A stretch of DNA of 64,000 nt, taken from the human T2T-CHM13v2.0 reference genome, Homo sapiens. Positions within the stretch are counted from its first letter, which is position 1. Every line of letters starts with the position of its first letter. This document shows, one piece after another, positions 16,582 to 31,125 of the stretch. Below the pieces are notes generated by a model. That model saw nothing but the letters and a program-made list of their open reading frames with translations. It searched no databases and was not told the DNA's origin. A program made the translations under genes and the position numbers. The DNA lies in assembly GCF_009914755.1 (NCBI RefSeq), contig NC_060930.1. One strand, written 5' to 3'.

Positions 16582-19159
16582 TAATTACAAAAAGGAGAAA
16601 ATAATTATCTGAAACTGATTTCAACAAAAATAAAGATAAAATATTTTAATTATCCTAAAGAAAAATAATTCCCCAATATGACTAAACAATGTTAACTAAT
16701 AAAAACAGTCCTTTGTGGATTCTTTTTCAAGTACTCCTTAGAGGCAAGACAAGAACATTATTTGTTGAAACCATTTTGGGAGTAATTATGCTTAGTGAAA
16801 TTCAATTAGCCAGTACATTGATAGTACCATTTGCACTTAACATAGAATTATGGAATGGGATCTTTACTCTTTGACTAAGAAATATAAGTCTCACAAATTA
16901 GGCAAGAAACATTGTAGCTTAGTTTTTCATCATTATATACTCATGAACTTTCCAACTCACTTCCTGAAAAACTGGCCACATAGCTACAATTATTTGTCAC
17001 CCCCTTGGTAACTCCATGTGGATACTCTGCTGAAAGCCTGGCATGGTCCCCGTGCTTCCAGTGCACAACTTCCTAATATTCTGTGCTTGCCAATTCCTAA
17101 GTAAGGGTGAAAAAGTTGAAACTCCTTGTCTTTTGTATGAAGCAGTAGTTGGAAAAGTGTGTCACACCTCATGTAGGAAGCTATAGACCTAAGTAGGGTT
17201 TATTGAGATGTCCTATAGATCTCCCTAGAATATAGAAATTCCTGTCAAGGGAGAAGAGGAATAACCAAGTGATCTGCCATTTTCATTGTTGGAAAAAAAT
17301 ATCAGTATTCATGTAAAAGAGGTCTACTTTATGAGTTAAGTCTTGGTCCAAAAGGAAACCTCCATATACATGCAATGTAAGTAGGGATTGGTCAATACTT
17401 TCTCGGGTGAATTCTCAAGTACAAGAGAATATTTTAACTGCAACACTGCCTCATTGGTGTCAATACCCAGCTATCTTTCAGCGGGGCTACTGGTTGTTGG
17501 AGCAGGTACAGACTTCCAAAATCCAAGTGAAGAAAAAGTACAGTGAGTCATATTCTTTTTTATTTAAAAAAATAAAAATTAACACACTACTTTTCTTATA
17601 ATACTAGTAACACCTGCCCAATAAGGAAAGATTAGAAGTCTACAAAATTAATAGAGACAAATTAATCTGTCATTTCTTCATTGTGAGATAATCACTATGG
17701 GATCCACTCTCCAATGCAACTGATTTTTAAAAAATTAAAGCCTCTGAAAAGCTTCTTAAGGACAAACAGCAATAATGAGACATCTGTTCAAGAAAATCTC
17801 TGAAAATTGGCAAGAAAAGCAAGAGTCTGTGGTATTTGAACCAAGACTATACCCTCCCTCTCTCCTGCATGCCAGCTCAGTGAGGTCAGTAAGGCATAGA
17901 CTCCACTCTAGATTGCTACAGCCCAGAGCACAGGCCTCCCTCTCCCCACAGCTCCATATCAGAGCGCTTTATTTCTAGGAAGGGCAGGAATTCAGAATCC
18001 CTCATCCTGTCCCCAGCTACCTGTTGCTGAGACTATGTCCGAGACAAGTGCAGTTGAGAAGTGAGAGGACCGTTCTTCTGCCCAATTCCCACTTGTGGAA
18101 TGGAGAGTCTGCCTTGGGTGTGGTATGCTAAGACTACTGGGGCCCTAATAACCCTTTACCTGGCTCATGAGGGAATGGCTCCACTGCAGGAGAGGCAAAC
18201 CAATAGGACAGCAGGCTGCTGGCCACACCCTCCACTTAGTGCTCAGCTCCTAGAATTGAGGAGTCACTCCGAGAGAAGCTTGCCACAGTTACACCCAGCT
18301 CCAGAGCCCTGACTTAGAGAGTTTGCCTGGGAGGAAAGGCAATATATTAGGAATATATTTTAGGAACATAGAATATATTTTATATCTATTCTATATAAAA
18401 TGGAATAGATATCCTAATGTATTCCCAAAGGAAGTAACTTCATGTGGAACAGAGCATGGAGAAGTTTAAACCTAAGGGCACTCTCAATTACAGTAGAGTT
18501 GTGGTGAAAAGCAGTTGGGAGATTTGTGCATCTAATGCAGGTACAGCTTAGACTGTAGGCTGGTTAGTTTACAGAAGAGAACTAGAGAATAAAATAGGTG
18601 GGAAGAGCCCTCCCAAAGTAAAACAAATATCAAACACTGACCTCAGAAACTATTTCATAGAAGGACTCACTATTTTATTCGATTACTTTGTAGAGGAATT
18701 TTGCCCCAGGGCATTATTGAAAAGAGTGGTAATTAATGGACTTCAGTGGCTGGGTAGGTGAGGGAAAGAATGAAAAAGAGTCCTACAGGACCACTGTCAT
18801 TCCAGGGTAACCCTGGATGTACTCAAAGCTGGGCCTCCTTGAGGTAACATCAAAAGCTTAACACTGTGGGATGAGGAGATGAAGACAGACTTTATTAAAA
18901 TAATCCAGACAATCATTGTTAATCACATAAACAAACAAGCAAATAAGAATAACAAGCAAAATGTGGGGGTAGTACCCAGAGTTTCTATAATATAGTTCCT
19001 AAAATGTTCATTTTTCAACAAAAATTATGAGCTACGCAAAGAAACAAAAAAGTGTGACCAATACACCAGAAAAATAGAAGGCAGAAGAAATTGCTTGAGA
19101 GAACAAATTTAACACAAAAATATTTAAAGTAGCTACTATACATATGTTTAAATATATTC

Positions 19160-19685
19160 AGTATTTTCATCAGGATTCTCCAGAGAAACAGAGACAAAAA
19201 GATATGTATGATGATTGACTCGCTCAATTATGGATGCCAAGAAGTGCCACAATATGCCATCTGCAAGTAGGAGACCCAGGAAAGCAGGTGGTGTAATTCA
19301 GTGAGAGTCAGAAGGGTTGAGGATCAAGGGAGCCAATGGTACAACTCCCAGTCTGAGGCCAAAGGCCTGAGAACCAGGACATGGGCTGGAGTCATGGCAG
19401 GAGGAGGGGAAGAAGGAGCTCTGGTGTCCAGGGGTAGAAGTAGATGTCCCAGCTCAAAGAGAAAGAGAATTCACCCTTCCTCCACCTTTTTGTTCCATTT
19501 GGGTCCTCAATGGACTGAATGATGCCCACCCATATTAGTGAGGGATATCTTCTTTATTCAGTCTTCTGATTCAAATACTAAAATATTCTGGAAACACCCT
19601 CACAGTCACACTCAGAAACAATGTTTTACCAGCTATCTGGGCATCTCTCAGCCAACCCAAGTTGACACATAACATTATCCATTAC
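19160..19685 (-). mobile_element. MaLR LTR (MLT1-like)
   Basis: ggattctccagagaaacaga...aagttgacacataacattatccattaca. Confidence 0.65.
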
Positions 19686-19764
19686 ATTCATAGACCTAAA
19701 GGAAAGGATGGCTAAAGAAGTGAAGGAAGGTGTGATGGCAATGTTTCATCAGAGAGAATAACAA

Positions 19765-20481
19765 TAAGAGGAGGTGCAGCTGGGCTTCCTGGGTCGAGTA
19801 GGGGCTCAGAAAGCTGTGAAACTCACTCATTTCCTGCATCAGGACTTACTTCAGTCCTGGATGAATAACACTGAAGCTATATACTTACAATATTCCTAAC
19901 ACCCGGATTTGTATATGTGTTTTCTTCCCCAAGAAAGCTATAAACAGCGAAAATTTTGCTGTAAGTTTCCCTGTGTCTTTCTCTCCCTCTCTCCCTTTCC
20001 CCTCCCCAAAACTAAAGATGAAAGGAATGTTAACTGTCCGTTTTTCTGTGACCAGCAAACCTTATCTAACTTCCCAATTCCAGTTCCTTGTGAACATACT
20101 TTATAAAGTCCTGGTAAGATCCTGTCTCTTTTGCTATGCCTCTACAAGGTCATAAAGTAAATAAAACCTAGGTTGCAATTCCGGTTTTCCTCAAGATCTA
20201 AGACATGGAACAAAATAATTTACTGCCTTTGTTTCTCACTCTGGTAACATCTTCCCACCGCATGTATTTCCCCCCTTAAAGAGTTTAAAAGGCAATTACC
20301 CAAAACCAGCAGTGGCTACCCGTTCGAGACCCCTTCCACACTGTGGAAGCTTTGTACTTTCACTCTGCTCAATAAAGCCTACAGCTTTTTCTCTCTATTG
20401 GTCCGTGTCTCTATCACTCGCGGCAGGCAGCCGCCACACCAATTCTTTGGCGTGGCTAAGGCAAGAACCTTTGGCATTACA
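19765..20481 (+). mobile_element. ERV1 solo LTR (LTR30-like) with 4-bp TSD ACAA
   Basis: acaa|taagaggaggtgcagctgggcttcc...aataaagcc...ggcattaca|acaa. Confidence 0.7.
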
Positions 20482-20498
20482 ACAACAGCGATAGTAGT

Positions 20499-21220
20499 TG
20501 TCTTAGTCCATTCAGCTGCTATAACAAAATGCCTTAGACTAGGTAATTTATAAACAACAGAAATGTATTTCTCTCAGTTCTGGAGGCTAGGAAATCCAAG
20601 ATCGAAGAACAAACAGATTCAGTGTTTGGCAAGGGCTTACTGTCTGTTTCCCAGACAGTGCCTTCCACCTGTGTTTTCCTTTTTTTTTTTTTTTATTATT
20701 ATACTTTAAGTTTTAGGGTACGTATGCACAATGTGCAGGTTAGTTACATATGTATACATATGCCGTGTTGGTGTGCTGCACCCAGTAACTCGTCATTTAA
20801 CATTAGGTATATCTCCAAATGCTATCCCTCCCCCCTCACCCCACCCCACAACAGTCCCCTGTGTGTGATGTTCCCCTTCCTGTGTCCATGTGTTCTCATT
20901 GTTCAATTCCCACCTATGAGTGACAACATGCGGTGTTTGGTTTTTTTGTGCTTGCGATAGTTTGCTGAGAATGATGGTTTCCAGCTTCATCCATGTCCCT
21001 ACAAAGGGCATGAACTCATCATTTTTCTGTTTTCATACAGTGGAAGTGGTGAATAAGCTCCCTCACCTTCTTTTACAAGAGTACTAATTCCATTAATGAG
21101 GACTCTACCCTCATAACCTAATCACCTCCCAAAGACCCCACCTCTTAATACCACACACTAGAAAATGGGAATTGAGCTTCAAAATATAAATCTGGGGGCA
21201 GGGGACACAAATATTTAGAC
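20499..21220 (-). mobile_element. MaLR LTR (MST/MLT1A-like) interrupted by an L1PA 3' end (20680-21027, minus strand)
   Basis: tgtcttagtccattcagctgctataacaaaa; L1 3'UTR ttatactttaagttttagggtac. Confidence 0.75.
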
Positions 21221-21839
21221 AATAGTATAATAAAAAGGAACCAAATAGAAATTATGGAGTTGAAAAGTACAATAATTGAAATAAAAATTCACTAGAGAGG
21301 CTTAACCATAGGTTTGACCTAGCAGAAGAAAGAAATGTAGAATAAAGTTTAAACTATATTTCAAAAAAAGATTTTGGTAGGTCTATGCCATGCTTCTTCC
21401 TCATCATCTCTGCCTTTTAAAATCCAAAGACATTTTCAAAGTATATTTAATTGTAACATTTCCCTTGAAAGTACGCATTATTCTCCAAATGTACATTATT
21501 TTTTTTCTAAGAAACCACCTACTACTTAGCATTATAAATAGGTGCTTCTTTTGTGTTCCATTAGACCATAAGCCCCTTAAGTTTAAGCCTGTTTTCCACA
21601 AGTCTGCATCTCCCACCATGCCTAGAAAATGGCCTTGATTCAAAAAATATTTCTTGTGTCTTTAAACAAATTGAGTTGAATTCAACACAGAGGGGCGTTT
21701 CTCTACAACTCTACACTGACCCTACATTCTCTAGTGTTTTCATATTACACTTACCTCCAACACATTTATTTGTTCCTGGTCTCGCTCTTCTTCAGTCCTA
21801 AGTTACAACTAACAAATGAATTATATAAAAACAATAACT

Positions 21840-22171
<332 letters not shown>

Positions 22172-22757
22172 TCATTCTCATGTGTGCTTTTTCAGGTACA
22201 AATTTCTAGAGATTAATTCAAACACAAGGAATTGCATCTGGAAATTTAGAAGCTGGAATTCTCTAATGATAGAGACTGCCTCTTAATTCTTGTCTGGCCA
22301 AGACTAGCATTGTCTTCAGTCAAGATGCAAATGTATACTTCCTCGCCCGTTTGTCGATAAGCTCAATCACATGTAGATAAGTCAACTTATCACGTAATAT
22401 AAATGGTTGCAAAAGAAGGGTACCAGGGCTTTGGAATTAGGCAGAACTTAGTTTAAATTTTACTCTGCTATATCCTGGATGTCTGACTTTGGGCAATTTT
22501 AATGGTCTCTCTGAATCTCAACATTTTAACCTACACAATATGTTAAGCAAGTCTTATATGAATAAATAATTGAACAACATTAAAATTAAAGTTAGGTATA
22601 CTATCTATAAATCTAACAAGTTATAGAGATCTGTTACATCAGGGTTTTACACTGAACTAAATGAAATTGATCAAAATTCTTTTTGATCAAAAACAGATGA
22701 TTGTTGGTAATTTTAGGTAGTTTAATGTAATTTAACACTTCATTAAAAGACATTAGA

Positions 22758-23051
22758 GACTGGGCATGGTGGCTTATGCCTGTAATCCCAGCACTTCGGG
22801 AGGCCAAGGCGGTGGATCACTTGAGGCCAGGAGTTCAAGACCAGCCTGGCCAACATAGTGAGACCTTGTCTCTACTAAAATTACAAAAATTAGCTGGGCA
22901 TGATGGTGTGAGCCTGTAATCCCAGCTACTCAGGTGAGTGAGACACAAGACTTGCTGGAACCTGGGAGTTGGAGGTTGCAGTGAGTCCAGATCGTGCCAC
23001 TGTACTCCAGCCTCCAGGCAGTGTGAGATTCTGTCAAAAAAAAAAAAAAAA
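22758..23051 (+). mobile_element. Alu with TSD aaaagacattagaga
   Basis: Alu consensus with direct repeat flanks. Confidence 0.88.
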
Positions 23052-24826
23052 GACATTAGAGATACCTATGTAAATGGAAAGATATGCTATATTCACAAAT
23101 AAAATATCCAAAATATAAACACAATTTTTCTCTGAGTTAATCTACAGAACCAATGCAGTTCTACTTAAAATCCCAACATAATATTGTGGAATCACTATGC
23201 TGATTGTAAATAATTATAGAAGAGCAATTGTTTAAGACTAGCCTATAAGTTAGTTACACATGCAAATAAACAGTTTGGTTTCTTTACTAGTTATACATAG
23301 AAAGAAACAGGTTGGTAAGATTTTGCCCAGCTAGTCCTCAATTTATTATCAGACTTAAGTATAAATAGGAGAGTTGTACTGATGCATGGATAGACCTATA
23401 GACAAACGAACAGAAACAGCAGGCCCAGAACCAACTCACTCATATGTAAAATCATATTTATGTTGGAGTTGGCATTGGAATTCGCTTATGAAATAGTGCA
23501 GTAAGTCATCCTGAGAGAATTTGTTATCCAGACGGAAAACTCAGTGTTGGATTCATACAACATAGTATCCACAAAAATCAATTCAATTCAGGCTAATCAA
23601 ATGTGAACAGGAACCACAGTGAACTATCACCTTATCCCAGTTGGAATGCCTACTATCAAAAAGGCAAAAAAAAAAAAATTGCTGGTAAGGAGGAGGGTAA
23701 AAGGGAACTTTTATACACCATTAGTAGAAATGTAAATTAGTACAGCCATTATGGAAAACTGTATGGAGGTTTCTCAAAAAACTAAAAATAGAGCTGTCAT
23801 ATCATCCAGCAATCCCATTACTGACTATTTAGCCAAAGGAAAGGTAATTTTTAAATTTTTAAAATAGAAAATTTAGAAGATTATTTTATGAACTGAAGTA
23901 GGGAAGTATTTCTTAACAGGGATGAAATAGCAAAAAAAATTTTTAATTTTTAATAAATATACTTTAATACATATTTTTAAAAACTTAATCAAAATACACT
24001 TTAAAAATATGACACAAACTGGAAAAAGTTATTTTTAATACATATAATATAGGAAAATTAAGCTGTAAAAACTAAAATTTAAGTCTTATAAGCTTATATC
24101 TATCTATACATATGACATTTTTATATTTATAAAAATAATAAGAAATTCAGTGCCACTCCAGGGATGAGAGCTAGCTTATGAAAAGGAAGCATAGCAGGTC
24201 AATACATAATGTGAAAAGATTTCCACGCTTATTAGTAATCAGATAAACACATTTCAAATCACTACGAAGTATCATTTAATTCTCAAGAGATGGGCAAAAT
24301 GAAGTCTGACAATAATTTATTGGCAAGAAAATTCATTAGTGTGAACAATTAAACACTTCTAGTGGGGGTTGAAATTTATACAGCTAGTTATAGTAAAGTT
24401 GTAAACACAAATATAGTGCATAGAACTTCTAGTCTTAGGCATTTGTTCTAAAGAAACATTAGGTATTTGGACAAGGAAGCATGCACAGGGATGTTAACAG
24501 AGGTGTAGGTCATAATAGCAAACAGAAAGAAAAGAAATAACCAGAATTCTATCATGGAAAAGGTTCTCAGAAGCAAAATTCCTGCACCCTTGGTTATGGA
24601 TCCACAGAGGCTTAATGTGAAGGGGGCATTCAGATCAAATGCTCAAAGTGGAGTAAGATATCATTGTCTTTCACAGAATCACTTCATAGACTGCAGCAGA
24701 TCTCCCTTGACCAACCCCCCGAAACCAGTCAAATTCTTCATTTTCCCCAAAGTGAGGACTCCCACATTAAGAAGCCCTCAGTACTGAGATAACTAGCGAT
24801 AAATTTATCCATTGCAAGGGTGGTCT

Positions 24827-25327
24827 TGATGCAGGGCCAGCAAGCCTCAAAACTGGGGCTTCACCCGAGAGTGTTCTTGGCTTCACTCGGGAAAGATTCC
24901 AAGGATGAGACAGTGGTGTTAGACAGCAACTTTTATGGAACTAAGCTACTCCTTGAAGAGCAGGGTTACCCTATAGGCAGTGTGCCCAGAATAGTAGCTC
25001 AGAGGCAGTTCTGCAGTCATATTTATACCCACTTTTAATTATATGCAAATTAAGAGGTGGACTATGCAGAAGTTTCTAGAAATAGGGTAGAAATTTCTGC
25101 ATAATCCACCCCTTAATTTATAGATGGTAACTCCAATTACCACTTCAATGACCCCAGTGGGTCATTATTGCCATGGAAAGAAGTGGTAACCTCTGGGTGT
25201 TGCCATGGCAATGGTAAACTGACATGGCACACTGGTAGGCATGTCTTATGGAGAGGTGCTTCTGCCCCATCCCTGTTTTAGTTAATTCTCAATTTGATCT
25301 GATGTCTGAGCCTCACCTACTACTTCA
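24827..25327 (-). mobile_element. ERV1 LTR (MER66-like; family uncertain)
   Basis: tgatgcagggccagcaagcc...ttcttggcttcactcgggaaaga...cctcacctactacttca. Confidence 0.5.
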
Positions 25328-26621
25328 GTCTTATGACCCCCAGACTCCCCAGCTGATAAGAAGATGCATGAGTAAAGGAGGCAATTGAGAGATGCTTCCT
25401 TTCAGTGTCCAAGTGTCAAAAAGAATTCTTAGTCTTAATTAAAATTTAGATATAAGAAATCTACTGAAAGAAAGTGATTACAGAATTTACAAGTTGATTT
25501 GGTGATGCCTCAGCAAGAGTGAGAAATATACAATAAACTACAAGACAGAAAATCCATAAGAGCTAAAAATGAGCATTTTGTGGTACCAATCTTGCTGTAA
25601 AAATCTTAATATTTTGTGTATCTTTCTCAGCACTAGACTAGAACCTATATGCCAATGGGTAGTGATACACATCTGTCACTGGTAAAGTTGCATACCAATT
25701 CACAATCCTATTCTCATACCCAAGTTATTACTACACATTGCTCTTGAGTCAGTAGCTGCATTTGCCACCCTGGCTCAAAATATCAGCCATCACATTTAGT
25801 AAATTCTATCATACAAAGCAAATTAGCACTGATTTATCAGATTTACCAATGGGTGGGGTGAGGAGGAGGAGGGCGCTGGCTGACTTAGCCCAGGCCCTGA
25901 AGAGCCCTGTTCCAGAGAATATGCTTGTGCTCTTCCTCATGGCCCAGCATATGCACAGGGCTCCAGTCATTTGCCTCCAGCAGGAGGCTCTTCCACACTC
26001 ATTCACAGTCAGCTGGATTCCAATCTCTGCTCAAGTGTGAGCAATGCAGATCCAGGCCCCTGGTTAATGTAGTCATCACTGTTCAAGCCCAGTCTCTTTC
26101 AGATGTTGAGACAGTGGCCCTAACTCTGTGTGGCTGGCCCAGAGCTGTGCACCTACCCTCACTTTCATACCACATTAATTTCAGATCCTTATTGTCACGG
26201 GTTTCCCAACTACTTTTTTTTCTTCAGGGGAAACCTCCACAATGTAGTTTCTAATATGTTGAATTCATACTCCAGAAAGTGTCCTGTAGAATAATGTCTT
26301 ACTGAAAACGGCCATCACAGCCAGGAGTCCTTAACTATGTTCTTCGATACCCTTAGTTACAGTTTGTTGTCATGTTCTTCACATCTTGTGTGAAGATTGT
26401 TCAAGTGTTGGCCAAAGGATATGTCACTATCTAAAATTCACATTGAGAACCTCAGAGTAACTAATAATAAGTGTGATGCTTGTAGGAAAAGAAGAGCTAT
26501 TTGGTCACAGGATGTGGTTATTAGAATAGGGTTGTGGTTGAAGGGGAAGGATGATGACATAAATCTTTGCATAAACCACATTAACATGAAACCTTGATAT
26601 TATCATTACATACTTTTCTTT

Positions 26622-26716
26622 TTATCTAATAAGGCAAAGTAGAGAAGTCAGCATCATTTGTCTCTGGCAGACTAAACTGTCAAGAAGGCATACCCAAGGT
26701 TGGTGGCAGGGGGAGC
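26622..26716 (-). promoter_or_regulatory. X-box-like module D, probably the XL9 element region
   Basis: ctaat...gcatcatttgtctctggcag...gaaggca, about 14 kb upstream of DQA1; XL9 identity inferred from position only. Confidence 0.6.
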
Positions 26717-29509
26717 TTCATTAGCATTAGGAATAATAGAAAATATCAAAGAATAAGTTTTGTAAGAAATACATAGACTCAACAGAAAGTAAAAAATGTA
26801 CTTTACTGAAAAGAAAACAAACTATAAATGAATCATGAAGTTGGATGGAGATATAATCTATAGATTTAAAACTATTTTTATTCAAAATAATGAGATTTTA
26901 AAAAATAATAAATGTTCTGAAAGTCTAGGATAAGTATACTGTCCTGTATTGTTGATGTTTTAAAGAGTAGTAGAGTGTATTATATAGCATATTATATAAA
27001 GGCATGGGCCTGAGTTAGGCAGTCTTTTTGTTTGTTGAGGTAAAATTCATATAACAAAATTAACCCATTTTAAGGTGCACAACTCAGTAGCATTTAGTGC
27101 ATTCACCCATGTTGTACAACCATCACTTCTATGTAGTTCCATAACATTTTCATCACCTCCAAAGGAGACCTTGTATCCATTAAGCAGTCACTCCCCATTC
27201 CCACTTCCTCCTCAGCAACCACAATCTGGTTTTAGACAGGTCTTGTTTTGCATCTAGGGTGGTGATTTCTACATCAATCTATGCAGAAGGAGCTTAGGCC
27301 CAGAATTCTGCATGGTGGGTAGGGACTGTGGCTTGTCTTGAAGCTAGATGTGCTTGCATAGCAAATGCTTTATCTTTATTTATGTGTGTTTGGGTTATTT
27401 AAAAAAGAATGTCTTATAAATATTATGGCTATATTGTTAATTTTCAAAGTGTTTTTGTTGTTTTACCTATGGAGAAAAGATTAATACCAATTTGATTTGT
27501 TTTACAAAGGGACTACATTCTTCAATGTTTGTGAAAATAATAATTAAAATTTTGTTTGGCTGTGTTTTGTGTATATATTTAAAGCTGTCTTGAATTTCTA
27601 ATCTATCTGTTTTAAGTTTTTCTTTTTGTTTATCCTTATTGCGCTCTTAAAATGTTTTCTGTTTCTTCATATTATTTTACATGTAAGAGCGACTAAAAAA
27701 TGGTCATGAGTTTGAAGAAATCAGATGGAATTTGGGGCTAATGTTTCAGGGTCTGATTCCTTCACTGGGGGACCATGAAGGCCATAGCGTGGAATTATTT
27801 TCTCTGGGCCCATTCAATTTCTTCTGAGAGGAAACTTCATGTATTTTGTTTGAGGGATAGATGCCAGCCACCTATGTGGCAGAGGTCAGAGTGGAAGAGA
27901 GGTGGGGTTAGCTGTTCTGCATATAATCTTTCAATTAATCTCCTTAAGTGTCCCCAAGTTTTTTTTTAAAAATGTTTAAATAAATACTCTTTCAAGTATA
28001 TGGTGAAGTTTTTACAGCCACTAAAAATAAGATTTTATGAAACTGTTTAGTGATGTAGAAAATTGTCTAATCTGTGGGAAATTATCCACAGATTAAGTAA
28101 AAAACAAAAAACTACAAAGACTAATACTACAATTCTGTAAATGCATCTATACTGTGATATTTATATTTATAAAAACAGGAAGGATCTTAATGACACTCAG
28201 AAGACTATGATTAGATGATAGAAGAACCACTACATTTTTCTCCTCCCAACAGTCTTAATAGGGCCTGCAGGTCTAAGGTGAGTGGCCTTGAAAAATCTCT
28301 GTTCAGGGAAATTTGTATGGAACATTTTAATGTGGACATTGTGTAGAACTTTGCCTATACTGTCCCTGTAGTGTCTTTTTTCCTCTTCTGCAGGTCTTCA
28401 TGGTCCCCTGGGATCATAGCCACAAGGTTTCTGTTCCCAGTTGAGCTCTCAGGTCTACTTTTCAATCCTTTTACATAACTTTACCCATCTCTACCTCTCC
28501 CTTCCCTCCAAAGGGTTCCTTTTTATCCACTGTCCTCATGGAAGTAAAACAATGACCTCACCATACCTCACAAATAAACAGAAGAAGAAAGATGTGAATC
28601 CTCCCTAAATCTGATGTCTTAAACTTGAAACCCATGAACCCTGTGGTACTCAGGTGAGCAGAGATAGAAGAGCACTACGCAGGTTCACACTCTTTTCCCT
28701 GAAGAAGGAAAAATTCAGAAAAAAACTCCAGTCTGTAGTTTTAGAGCAACGTTTTTGTGGGACCCTCCCAGACTGGAAATTTGTGGTCCTCCTCTTCTGG
28801 GGTTGGGAGCAAGCCCTGAATCTTCAGTGCCATGTAGCCTGGTCTAAGCTCAGGAACATTTCTTTACGTTTTGATGAAGCTGCAAAGTTTTATTAGCCAT
28901 AACATGTTTGAATCTGTAAGATTTCTAAGTAAGTCTGACAATAAAATTTCAGATTCTTCAGCTGACCGGAAGACTTCAAAGTGCCTTCACTTTTTAAATC
29001 ACCTGTAGATGAATTATACTGGACCTGACCAAAAGTGTTTATCTGTGCATAAATCAAATACAGTCAACTTTCCCTATCCAAGGTTCCACATCTGTGGATT
29101 CAACCTACCATGGATTTAAATCTGTGGATATGGGTTATTACAGCATTTTATAGAAGAGGCTGAGCATCCACAGATTTTGATATCAGCTGGGTTCCTGGAA
29201 CCAATCTCCTGGGGGTACAGAGCCACAGTCAAGTATGAGAAACAAAGAGAAGAGGAAGGGCCCATTTCTGCCCATAAGTCATCTACAGAGGAGGGCTTAA
29301 TCAGCTGCATTAATGCAGATTTCCACCTCAGGGCTGGCCCTGGAGAAACACCTCTAGATGAAGACAATTGGATGTGTAAGTGGCCAGATCCACATGCAAT
29401 TACTTCTTTAGAATAATAAAGTTGTGGCTTGACAAATGGTCCCTTGTCTGTGATAGGAGTCGTGGCATAAATCCCCTTCTGGGCTACAGTGTAGCACAAT
29501 TGCCCTCTC

Positions 29510-29890
29510 TCTAGTGTGTCACTCTGAAGTTAGACTGCCTGGGTTTGAATTCTGGCTCCATTTCTTACTAGTGGTGTAGCTTTAGTCAAGTATCCAACTC
29601 ATTTCGACTTTCTTTTGATTTCCTTTGCATGGTGTATATTTCCATTCTTTTTACTTTTAATGAAGGTATGTCTTTATATTTAAAATGGGTTGCTGATAGT
29701 TTACAGTTCAATATTCCATTTTTATTCAATCTGTTCTTCTCCATTTCCTAATTGGTAAAATGGGGGAGGGAGATATAATAATACACCTACTTAATAGTAT
29801 CATTCTAAAAATTAAGTCAGTTAATACAAGTATGGTAAAAGCAATTAGAAGAACATCTGGCATGTGGTAAGTACTCAATACATATCAGGC
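29510..29890 (+). mobile_element. MIR carrying an inserted copy (about 150 bp) of nearby L1 sequence
   Basis: gactgcctgggtttgaattctggctcc...aaaatggg...gtaagtactcaata. Confidence 0.65.
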
Positions 29891-30351
29891 ACTATCATCT
29901 TACTATCAATTATTATTATCATCATCATGACTGGGAGGTAACATGGCAATTAGTCTTCATTTTCTCACCAGCCTGGCTGATGAACATCCAGTATATCTGA
30001 AGAGAAAGTTTCAGAATCAAAAACAAAAAGAGGCCTGGCTTTCTTTATATTGGGTGGAAATAAGGAGGAGGGAAGGAATATGAGAGGAACAGGTAATTTG
30101 TCCTTTTAGTTTTATTTTAACTACCTCCAGGAAATTAACCTATTCTCACATATCTGGGGAAACAACCGGGTCCATTCCTTCACTTTAATTCTGATTTTTT
30201 CCCAAAATTTACACATCCCAGGATTTCTGGCAGACTTTAAACTGCAAACATCAGGTTCATACCAGTAAGCCAAACTCGTAGTTGATTTGGAGGTTCATTG
30301 TCAATTTAGTGAACAGTGCCTAGATCATAAGATTCAACTGGCACATCCTGA

Positions 30352-30848
<497 letters not shown>

Positions 30849-31061
30849 TGATTGTTGAACCCTTCACTTCTCTGGTTAGTTAATTTTCCAGACAGAGAGC
30901 GCTGAAAGGACACCCATGTATCATGTGTTATTTACAATTCCTCACCCCAACCCCCAATCTCCACAACCTCACTCCCTTCTAGTCAGGTTTTGGTGACAAT
31001 TTGCCCTTGCAGAAGCTGGGTTTAAGTGAAACCAAAATAAGACATTAAATATTTTCCTCTT

Positions 31062-31125
31062 CAGCAAATCAGAACCCTGTGGGAAGCAGCATTATCTGTC
31101 TCTGGCAGACTAAGCCATGAAGACC
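31062..31125 (-). promoter_or_regulatory. X-box-like module E
   Basis: gcaaatcag...gcattatctgtctctggcag...gaagacc. Confidence 0.6.

Noticed and set aside
25880-26180. GC-richer block with faint minus-strand echoes of class II beta exon 2 (gcttgaacagtgatg ... gcagagattggaatccag), or a possible processed pseudogene
   Set aside because: Only short gapped matches and no recognisable translation; cannot be separated from chance without an HMM or LASTZ search.
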